From Candidatus Pacearchaeota archaeon (GTDB lineage Archaea; Nanobdellota; Nanobdellia; Pacearchaeales; GW2011-AR1): 64,000 bases of DNA. Position 1 is the stretch's first letter, and each line of letters starts with the position of its first letter. A model generated the notes under the pieces. It was given only the letters and a program-made list of their open reading frames with translations. It was not told the DNA's origin and searched no databases. Below, piece after piece: positions 56,304 to 64,000 of the stretch. The stretch spans positions 2,431-66,430 of the forward strand of contig JAGVXA010000001.1 of the NCBI GenBank assembly GCA_018304025.1, read 5' to 3'. Both the position numbers and the translations under genes were made by a program.

Positions 56304-58745
56304 ATGGCAATAAAAAAATCTGAATTATACAGTAAACTTTGGAAGAGTTGTGATGAACTTAGAGGGGGAATGGATGCTTCTCAGTATAAGGATTACATTT
56401 TAGTTTTATTGTTCATAAAATATGTTTCAGATAAATCAAAAACTGATAAAGATTTTCTTATTGAAGTTCCTAAGGGCGGAAGTTTTTCGGATATGATTTC
56501 GCTTAAAGGAAAAGCTGAAATTGGAGATGGAATAAATAAAATTATTGCAAAACTTGCAGAAGTAAATGATCTTAAAGGAGTAATAGATGTTGCTGATTTT
56601 AATGATTCTGATAAATTAGGTAAGGGTAGGGACATGATTGATAGGCTTAGTAACTTGGTTGGAATTTTTGAAAATTCAGATTTAGATTTTAGTAAAAATA
56701 AAGCAGAAGGTGATGATATTCTAGGGGATGCGTATGAATATTTAATGAGACATTTTGCAACAGAATCAGGTAAGAGTAAGGGTCAGTTTTATACTCCTTC
56801 TGAAGTTTCAAGAGTAATGGCTAAAGTTATTTCTATTAATCAAGCAAAAAGACAAGATCAGACAGTTTATGATCCAACTTGCGGTTCTGGTTCTCTACTT
56901 CTCAAAGCCGCTGATGAAACTGAACATGGAATTACTATTTACGGCCAAGAAAATGATGTAGCTACAAGAGCTCTTGCAAAGATGAATATGATTTTGCATG
57001 GGCATGAAATGGCTGAAATTTGGAGAGGTAACACAATCTCTGCTCCGTATTTCAAAGAAAAAGATGGGACTATAAAGAAATTTGATTTTGTTGTAGCAAA
57101 TCCACCATTTTCTACTAAATCTTGGAGTAATGGGATAAAGCCTGAAGAAGATGAGTTTGAACGTTTTGATATCAAAGAATGGGGTTCTGTCCCGCCTACA
57201 AAGAATGGAGATTATGCATTCTTATTGCACATGATTAAATCATTGAAGAGTACGGGAAAGGCAGCAGTTATTTTACCTCATGGCGTTTTATTTAGGGGAA
57301 ATGCTGAATCAGATATCAGAACAAACATAATCAAAAGAGGATATATTAAGGGGATTGTTGGACTTCCCGCAAATCTATTTTTTGGAACTGGAATTCCTGC
57401 ATGTATAATTGTTATTGACAAAGAAAATGCCCAAAGTCGTAAAGGTATTTTTATGATAGATGCAAGTAAGGGATTCTATAAGGATGGAAATAAAAATAGA
57501 TTAAGGGCAAGAGATGTTCATAAAATTGTAGATGTTTTTACAAAACAAACAGAGGTTCCTAAATTTTCAAGGAGGGTTCCTATTTCTGAAATTAGTGATT
57601 CAAAAAATGATTATAACTTGAATATTCCTCGTTATATTGATAGTCAAGAAACGGAAGATTTACAAGATATTGATGCGCATTTAAGGGGAGATATTCCTAA
57701 CCGAGATGTTGATGATTTAGAAACTTATTGGAAAGTTTATCCTTCTATCAGGAAGATGCTTTTTAATCCAAGTAAAAGAGAAGGTTATTCCGTATTAAAA
57801 ATAGAACAATCAAATATTAAAAAAACTATATTTGACCATTCTGAATTTATTACTTATTCTAAAAAGATTGAAGAAGCATTTAATGATTGGAAGAAGAGAA
57901 ATTTAAGTATCTTGAAAGGAATTAAGATTGGTTCAAAACCTAAAGAAATTATATTTAATCTGGGCGAGGATTTGCTTAATGACTTCTCAAAGTTAGAACT
58001 TATTGATAGGTATGACATTTACCAGCATTTAATGTTATATTGGGAGGAGATAATGCAGGATGATGCATATATTGTAGCAGTTAATGGATGGATTGCTAAA
58101 CCGGAAAGAATAGTTATTGAAACTGAGAATAAGAAAACAGGTCAAAAGAAAATTACAGATAAGGGTTGGAAATGCGATTTAATTCCTAAGGAGTTAGTTA
58201 TTGACAAATATTTTGTCGCTGATAAAAATAAGATTGAACTATTACAATCTGAACTTGAAAGTGTTCAAAACGAAATGCAAGCGTTGGATGAAGAAAACTC
58301 TGGAGATGAAGATTTATTCACAGATGCAAGGAGCGAAGCAGGGAAAATAAACAAAAAAGATTTAGCCAAGAGGATAAAAGAGATTAAAGAAGAATCTGAT
58401 GATGAGTTTAAAGCATTAGACAAATATCTTAAACTGCTCGAAAATGATAAAGAAATAAAAGATAAAATCTCCTTGCTTGAGATAGAACTTGATAAAAAGG
58501 TTTTGAGTCAATATTCTAAGTTAAGTGAAACTGAAATAAAAACATTAGTTGTAGAAGATAAATGGTTATTGTCTTTGCATAATTCTGTTAAATCTGAAAT
58601 GGAAAGAGTTTCTCAAAAACTTGCAGAAAGAATAAAAGAACTTGGAGATAGATATGATATTTCACTTCCAAAATTAACTTCTGAAGTTGAAGAGCTATCA
58701 AAGAAAGTAGATAAACATCTAGAGAAGATGGGGTTTAAATGGTAA
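56304..58745 (+). CDS. hsdM: Type I restriction-modification methyltransferase subunit
   Basis: LWKSCDELRGGMDASQYKDY, GQFYTP, DPTCGSGSLL, VANPPF, LPHGVLFRG. Confidence 0.97.
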   Translation: MAIKKSELYSKLWKSCDELRGGMDASQYKDYILVLLFIKYVSDKSKTDKDFLIEVPKGGSFSDMISLKGKAEIGDGINKIIAKLAEVNDLKGVIDVADFNDSDKLGKGRDMIDRLSNLVGIFENSDLDFSKNKAEGDDILGDAYEYLMRHFATESGKSKGQFYTPSEVSRVMAKVISINQAKRQDQTVYDPTCGSGSLLLKAADETEHGITIYGQENDVATRALAKMNMILHGHEMAEIWRGNTISAPYFKEKDGTIKKFDFVVANPPFSTKSWSNGIKPEEDEFERFDIKEWGSVPPTKNGDYAFLLHMIKSLKSTGKAAVILPHGVLFRGNAESDIRTNIIKRGYIKGIVGLPANLFFGTGIPACIIVIDKENAQSRKGIFMIDASKGFYKDGNKNRLRARDVHKIVDVFTKQTEVPKFSRRVPISEISDSKNDYNLNIPRYIDSQETEDLQDIDAHLRGDIPNRDVDDLETYWKVYPSIRKMLFNPSKREGYSVLKIEQSNIKKTIFDHSEFITYSKKIEEAFNDWKKRNLSILKGIKIGSKPKEIIFNLGEDLLNDFSKLELIDRYDIYQHLMLYWEEIMQDDAYIVAVNGWIAKPERIVIETENKKTGQKKITDKGWKCDLIPKELVIDKYFVADKNKIELLQSELESVQNEMQALDEENSGDEDLFTDARSEAGKINKKDLAKRIKEIKEESDDEFKALDKYLKLLENDKEIKDKISLLEIELDKKVLSQYSKLSETEIKTLVVEDKWLLSLHNSVKSEMERVSQKLAERIKELGDRYDISLPKLTSEVEELSKKVDKHLEKMGFKW

Positions 58746-59557
58746 TACAAACAAATCTTAAAAATCAGAAGCTAGAACTAACTCAGGAATTTAAATTAAT
58801 TTATTCTGGTCCAACTTTCGAATCGGGAATTAAGATAAACTCTTTAATAGAAAATTTAAAGTCAATTCAAGAATTAATACAAAGCATAACAGATGTTAAT
58901 GCTGAAGACAAACAAGGATATAACTCTGCTAAAAACATTAAAGAAATAAAAGTTATACCTAAAAAAGGAAGCATTGAAGAACAAATAGTTGTTTTATTCT
59001 CAAATCCTGAAATAAGGTCTACTGTAACTAATTTATTAGTGGCATTATTCTTTTATTTATTGGGAAGACATGAAGCAAAGAAGAGTCAAGAAGAGTTAGA
59101 AAATAAGATAGACAGAGTTGAGAATCTTATAGTTAAAAATCAACTCAAAAATGTAAAAAAGTTGTATGAACCACTTGAAAACGAGAAAGATACTCTAAAG
59201 ATAGTCGAAAATAATTTAATTAAATTTGAAATTAATTTTACTGAGAAAAAACAGATTGATAAAACTATAAAGAAACTGGAAAAAGAATTAAAAACTGAAG
59301 TAAGTGATGAAGAAATAGAGGGGTATATTTCTGCGATAGATATAGATACAAACAGATTAAAATTCCATGCAAAAGGTCAGGAAAAAGCATACCCTCTGGA
59401 CTTTGATCAACCAATGACGACAGTTACTAAATTAATTGGCAGAGTAATTAAGGCAAAGATGACAATTACAAAATTTAAAGAGAAGATAAGAAGGTTTCAA
59501 TTGAATGATTATAAAGTCATACAAAAAGATTTAGCAGAGTTCATCAAATCAGGATAA
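58739..59557 (+). CDS. Hypothetical protein embedded between hsdM and hsdS
   Basis: 272 aa; overlaps the hsdM stop; KKGSIE motif, central hydrophobic helix, beta-rich C-terminus. Confidence 0.8.
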   Translation: MVIQTNLKNQKLELTQEFKLIYSGPTFESGIKINSLIENLKSIQELIQSITDVNAEDKQGYNSAKNIKEIKVIPKKGSIEEQIVVLFSNPEIRSTVTNLLVALFFYLLGRHEAKKSQEELENKIDRVENLIVKNQLKNVKKLYEPLENEKDTLKIVENNLIKFEINFTEKKQIDKTIKKLEKELKTEVSDEEIEGYISAIDIDTNRLKFHAKGQEKAYPLDFDQPMTTVTKLIGRVIKAKMTITKFKEKIRRFQLNDYKVIQKDLAEFIKSG

Positions 59558-59562
59558 ATAAT

Positions 59563-60840
59563 ATGGCAACAGAATTAATAAAAAAGGGATACAAGCAAAC
59601 TGAAGTAGGAGTTATTCCTAATGATTGGTATGTTCAAAATATTCTAAAAAATTCTACCTTAAAGGCAAGAATTGGCTGGCAAGGTTTAACTACAAAAGAA
59701 TATCTTAAAACTGGAAATTTTTTATTAGTTGGTGGAACCGACTTTAAAGATGGGAAAATTGATTGGGAAAATTGTTTTTATGTAGATGAAAAAAGATATT
59801 CTCAAGATAAAAATATTCAGCTAGAAGAAGGCGACGTATTGGTAACAAAGGATGGTACAATTGGTAAAATTTCTTATGTAGATAATCTAAAACTTCCTAC
59901 TACATTAAATAGTGGAGTATTTGTTATCAGACCAAAACATAAAAATTATATGACTCAATATTTTTTCTATATTTTGACCTCCGATTTTTTTGATAAGTTT
60001 TTAAATAAACTTAAAGCAGGCTCTACAATTTCGCACTTGTATCAAAAGGATTTTTCTAGTTTTGATTTTATTTTACCAAAGTCTTTAGAAGAGCAATCTG
60101 CCATCGCTTCCGTTCTCTCAGATACAGATGCACTCATCGAATCCCTTGACAAACTTATCGTAAAGAAGAAAAACATAAAACAAGGAACAATGCAGAAACT
60201 TCTCTCAGGCAAAAGAAGATTACCTGGATTTAAAGAAGAATGGAATTCAAATAAATTAAATGATCTTATCTTAAATATTACTACCGGGCTAAATCCTAGG
60301 AAAAACTTTACTTTAGGTAAGGGCAATAATTATTATATTACTATTAAAAATTTTAAGAAAGGGAAATTATATTTAGATGATAACTGCGATAAAGTTTCTA
60401 ATGAAGCAATTAATCTAATTAATAAAAGATCTAATTTAGAATCAGGAGATATTTTATTTGCAAGTATTGGAATAGAGCCAAGTACATATCTAATTAAGAA
60501 AACTCCTACTGATTGGAATATTAATGAATCTGTTTTTTCTATTAAACCTAATAAAAATATTATGGATTCTAGATTCTTGCAATACTTGTTAACCGCAGAT
60601 TGGATTTTTTCAAAATTGACAAATGACGCAACTGGAAGTACTTTTCAGAGTATAAAAATTAAACAATTAAAAAATTTAGAATTAACTTACCCTTTATTAG
60701 AAGAACAGCAAAAAATCTCTTTAATCCTATCGGACATGGACTCAGAAATAGAAAGCTTAGAACGAAAGAGAGATAAATACACACTTCTTAAAACTGGAAT
60801 GATGCAAGAACTGCTTACTGGGAGGATTAGATTAAAATGA
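59563..60840 (+). CDS. hsdS: Type I restriction-modification specificity subunit
   Basis: GYKQTEVGVIPNDW, two TRDs, EEQSAIASVLSDTD / EEQQKISLILSDMD, GMMQELLTG. Confidence 0.96.
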   Translation: MATELIKKGYKQTEVGVIPNDWYVQNILKNSTLKARIGWQGLTTKEYLKTGNFLLVGGTDFKDGKIDWENCFYVDEKRYSQDKNIQLEEGDVLVTKDGTIGKISYVDNLKLPTTLNSGVFVIRPKHKNYMTQYFFYILTSDFFDKFLNKLKAGSTISHLYQKDFSSFDFILPKSLEEQSAIASVLSDTDALIESLDKLIVKKKNIKQGTMQKLLSGKRRLPGFKEEWNSNKLNDLILNITTGLNPRKNFTLGKGNNYYITIKNFKKGKLYLDDNCDKVSNEAINLINKRSNLESGDILFASIGIEPSTYLIKKTPTDWNINESVFSIKPNKNIMDSRFLQYLLTADWIFSKLTNDATGSTFQSIKIKQLKNLELTYPLLEEQQKISLILSDMDSEIESLERKRDKYTLLKTGMMQELLTGRIRLK

Positions 60841-62264
60841 ACAAACAAGAACTGATTGAAAAATTAGAAGATATTGAATGGGAGGATTTTGAAGTAAAAG
60901 AAGCAAAATCAGAAGTTCCGAAAAATAGCTGGGAGACTGTAAGTGCTTTCTCAAACACTGCTGGAGGGTGGATTGTTTTTGGAGTTAAAAAAATGGGGAA
61001 AGAATATGAAATTTTGGGTGTCAAGACTCCTGAAAAGGTTGAACAAGAATTTATAGGGGTTTTGAGAAATGGGGAGAAGTTTAATAAAAAAATAGAAGTC
61101 CAAAGTAAAAAATATAAGTTTAAAGATAAAACTGTACTTGCATTTTATATTCCTCAAAAACACAAACGAGAAAAACCAGTTTATTTTAACAATCAAAAAA
61201 ATACTTTTATTAGAACTGGAAGCGGGGATCAAAGAGCAACACAGGAAGAAATAGATTGTTTTTTTAGAAATGCTTCTTTTGAAGAAAAAGATCAAGAACT
61301 AACTACATTCAAATTAGAAGATTTAGATAGTGATACAATTAAGCAATATAGGAATTTCTTTATTCAAGTTAATCCTGCCCACAGATACAACACTTTAACT
61401 GATAAAGAATTTTTAGAAAAATTAGGAATTATCCAAGAAAATAAAATAACTTTTGCAGGATTATTATTGTTTGGAACCGAGGATAGCATAATTGGGGCTA
61501 TTCCCAATTATAGGATAGAATATTTAGAAATTGCAGGCATTTCCTATGAAGAAGCACCAACCAGATATAACTATCGCTTATCTTCTGAGAAAAATCTATT
61601 TTTAACTTTCTTAGATATGTATGAGCGATTGATAAAACAAATTGAGATACCTTTTTCTGTCAAGCAAGGAGTTAGAGATGACGACCCTCCGCATGTTCAA
61701 GCACTAAGAGAGGCACTAGTTAATTTAATAATAAATACCGACTATTTTAGTAAAACTAATTCTCGAATAAGAGTATTTTCAAATAGATTTGAATTCTTTA
61801 ATCCTGGCGCCTTACCAAAAAAGATTGAATTGATATTAAAAGAAGACTTCTCTCTTCCACGAAATCCAATTATCGCAAAGGCATTTAGATTCTTAAGATT
61901 TTCAGAAAACATTGGTTCTGGTTTTCATAAGATGATTAATGGGTGGGGTAAGCAATATAATTTAAAGCCGATTATAGACGGTGATTTTGATTATTATAAG
62001 ATAACCTTTCCAAAAGACAAAAGTGGTACTACTACTAATACTACCACTTATACTACTACTAATACTACTACTAAAGGAGAAGACAAAGAAAAAGAAATTT
62101 TAAAAATCATAGAAAATAATCCGTCTTTAAGTGTTGAACAAATTTCTAGCATGGTTAATTTAAGTATTGATGGGGTTAGATACCATGTAAAAAATTTAAA
62201 AAAGAATAGAAGAATTAAAAGAAAGGGCCATGGTAAAGGGGGAAGTTGGCAAATAACAAACTAA
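60837..62264 (+). CDS. Schlafen/AlbA_2 + HATPase_c_4 + C-terminal wHTH protein
   Basis: EWEDFEVKEA, SAFSNTAGG.IVFGV; ALREALVNLIINTDY, NPG, PRNPIIA, ENIGSG; LKKNRRIKRKGHGKGGSW. Confidence 0.88.
   Translation: MNKQELIEKLEDIEWEDFEVKEAKSEVPKNSWETVSAFSNTAGGWIVFGVKKMGKEYEILGVKTPEKVEQEFIGVLRNGEKFNKKIEVQSKKYKFKDKTVLAFYIPQKHKREKPVYFNNQKNTFIRTGSGDQRATQEEIDCFFRNASFEEKDQELTTFKLEDLDSDTIKQYRNFFIQVNPAHRYNTLTDKEFLEKLGIIQENKITFAGLLLFGTEDSIIGAIPNYRIEYLEIAGISYEEAPTRYNYRLSSEKNLFLTFLDMYERLIKQIEIPFSVKQGVRDDDPPHVQALREALVNLIINTDYFSKTNSRIRVFSNRFEFFNPGALPKKIELILKEDFSLPRNPIIAKAFRFLRFSENIGSGFHKMINGWGKQYNLKPIIDGDFDYYKITFPKDKSGTTTNTTTYTTTNTTTKGEDKEKEILKIIENNPSLSVEQISSMVNLSIDGVRYHVKNLKKNRRIKRKGHGKGGSWQITN
62028..62075 (+). 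repeat. 12-bp in-frame tandem repeat x4 (TTTN/TTTY/TTTN/TTTK)
   Basis: ACTACTACTAAT ACTACCACTTAT ACTACTACTAAT ACTACTACTAAA. Confidence 0.9.
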
Positions 62265-62265
62265 G

Positions 62266-64000
62266 ATGGAACAATTAGATGTTGGACAAATTGAAAGAAA
62301 AACACAAAATAGAGTTGTTAAGCTATTCCAAGAAAAATTAGGTTATACTTATCTGGGAACTTGGGAAGAAAGGGAAAACAATCGCAACATAGAAGAAGAA
62401 CTTTTATTAAAATTCTTAAAAAAACAAAAATACTCTGAAACTTTAATTCATAAAGCATTATTTGAATTAAATAAAATAGCTTCTACTCAAAATAAAAGTC
62501 TTTATGACATCAACAAAGAGGTTTATACTTTACTTAGATATGGAATTCAAGTAAAGGAAACCAGTGGGCAAAATAAAGATACAGTTAACTTAATAGACTG
62601 GAATAATCCAAAAAATAATGACTTTTATATTGCTGAGGAAGTAACTGTAAAAGGTCAGCATGATAAAAGACCTGATGTAGTTCTATATGTGAACGGTATT
62701 GCATTAGCCGCATTGGAATTGAAAAGAAGTACTATCTCTATTTCAGAAGGGATCAGACAAAATTTGGATAATCAAGATAAGAGATTTATTCAATCATTCT
62801 TCTCAACAATTCAATTAATCTTTGCAGGAAATGATTCTGAGGGGTTAAAATATGGAATAATCGGAACTCCTGAAAAATATTATTTATCTTGGAAAGAAGA
62901 TTCAGAGATTAGAAACAAATTAGACAAACAAATTATTCAGATGTGTAGCAAAGAGCGAATCTTAGAACTTATCCATGACTTTATTGTGTTTGATGCAGGA
63001 ACTAAAAAGATATGCAGACATAATCAGTACTTTGGAGTAAAAGAATCTCAAAAGTTCTTAAGAAGAAGAGAAGGTGGAATAATTTGGCATACTCAGGGAA
63101 GTGGAAAAAGTCTTACAATGATTTGGCTTGCAAAATGGATAAAAGAAAATATTGACAATTCCAGAGTCTTGATTATTACAGATAGGGAAGAATTAGACGA
63201 ACAAATTGAAAAATTCTTTAAGGGTGTAGAAGAAAAGATATACAGAACAAAGAGTGGCAAAGATTTATTGAACAGATTGGCAGATGCAAATCCCTCTTTG
63301 TTATGTTCTTTAGTTCATAAATTTGGAAGAAAAACAGAAAATAGCCATGAAGATTATTTTGAAGAGTTAATTAAAAATCTTCCAACGAATTTTAAACCAA
63401 AAGGAGATCTATACATTTTTGTTGATGAATGTCATAGAACTCAATCGGGAAAACTTAACCAAGCAATGAAAAAATTATTACCTCAAGCGATATTTATTGG
63501 ATTTACCGGAACTCCTCTTCTAAAAACAGATAAAAAACAAAGCAGGGAAGTATTTGGAAAATATATTCACACTTACAAATACGATGAAGCAGTAAGTGAT
63601 GGAGTAGTTCTAGATTTACAATATGAAGCAAGAAACATAGATCAAAAATTAACTTCACAGAGCAAGGTTGATGAGTGGTTTGAATTGAAAACAAGAGGAT
63701 TGACCAACTTTGCTAAAGCTATATTAAAAAAGAAATGGGGAACTATGCAAAAAGTTCTAAGTTCCCAATCACGACTTAGTAGGGTAGTGGCAGATATACT
63801 GCTAGATATGGAAAAAAAGAGCAGGCTTCAAAGTGGAAGAGGAAACTCTATTCTTGTTGCAGGAAGCATTTTGGAAGCATGTAAATATTATGAATTATTC
63901 CAAAGAAGTGGCTTAAAGAAATGTGCGATAGTAACTTCATATTCGGGGAACATAGCGTCAATCAAGGGAGAAACTGTGAGCGATGAAGAAGAAACAGAAA
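62266..64000 (+). CDS. hsdR: Type I restriction endonuclease subunit R, partial (runs off the window)
   Basis: Not in the track because it has no stop. MEQLDVGQIERKTQNRVV; RPD...ELKR nuclease motif; WHTQGSGKS, VDECHR, GFTGTP. Confidence 0.95.
   Translation, partial: MEQLDVGQIERKTQNRVVKLFQEKLGYTYLGTWEERENNRNIEEELLLKFLKKQKYSETLIHKALFELNKIASTQNKSLYDINKEVYTLLRYGIQVKETSGQNKDTVNLIDWNNPKNNDFYIAEEVTVKGQHDKRPDVVLYVNGIALAALELKRSTISISEGIRQNLDNQDKRFIQSFFSTIQLIFAGNDSEGLKYGIIGTPEKYYLSWKEDSEIRNKLDKQIIQMCSKERILELIHDFIVFDAGTKKICRHNQYFGVKESQKFLRRREGGIIWHTQGSGKSLTMIWLAKWIKENIDNSRVLIITDREELDEQIEKFFKGVEEKIYRTKSGKDLLNRLADANPSLLCSLVHKFGRKTENSHEDYFEELIKNLPTNFKPKGDLYIFVDECHRTQSGKLNQAMKKLLPQAIFIGFTGTPLLKTDKKQSREVFGKYIHTYKYDEAVSDGVVLDLQYEARNIDQKLTSQSKVDEWFELKTRGLTNFAKAILKKKWGTMQKVLSSQSRLSRVVADILLDMEKKSRLQSGRGNSILVAGSILEACKYYELFQRSGLKKCAIVTSYSGNIASIKGETVSDEEETE

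Noticed and set aside
60837..62264. Annotation as RecG helicase
   Set aside because: No SF2 helicase motifs; the architecture is AlbA_2 + HATPase_c_4 + wHTH
1118..63694. Many 60-160 aa track ORFs antisense to or frame-shifted within longer genes (e.g. 6159-7766 minus, 14289-15212 plus, 24774-25761 plus, 31630-34437 minus)
   Set aside because: Shadow ORFs fully overlapping well-supported genes, with no family motifs

Overview
This is an AT-rich archaeal window, most consistent with a DPANN archaeon such as Pacearchaeota. That placement is inferred from Rpo12, prefoldin alpha and beta, Pop5, SepF, AglB, an S-layer protein, class III signal-peptide proteins and a short pacearchaeosortase-like gene. 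Layout: (i) 0.5-3 kb, two bacterial-looking genes (TPR-glycosyltransferase and a SUMF1/FGE-domain protein with a canonical PEP-CTERM tail); (ii) 4-20 kb, rpo12-pfdB-sepF plus a cell-surface region (sortase, C-terminally anchored surface proteins, S-layer gene with a structured leader, wHTH regulator, four pilin-like genes); (iii) 20-31 kb, housekeeping genes, a MacB/LolCDE-type ABC operon interrupted by orphans, and a Fic gene; (iv) 31.6-54.3 kb, a large N-glycosylation cluster (AglB, AglH-like, flippase, GT2s, GT-Cs, RfbF/G, three radical SAM enzymes, rhamnulokinase-like kinase, nucleotidyltransferase) ending in an MTAP-APRT fusion; (v) 54.3-55.1 kb, a non-coding region with two near-identical minus-strand promoters, each preceding a structured candidate ncRNA; (vi) 55.1-64 kb, a defence island with a DUF2080-MNT gene, an unannotated RHH gene and a Type I R-M operon carrying an orphan and a Schlafen/AlbA_2-ATPase gene at the PrrC position. 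All calls come from reading motifs by eye; no searches were run.
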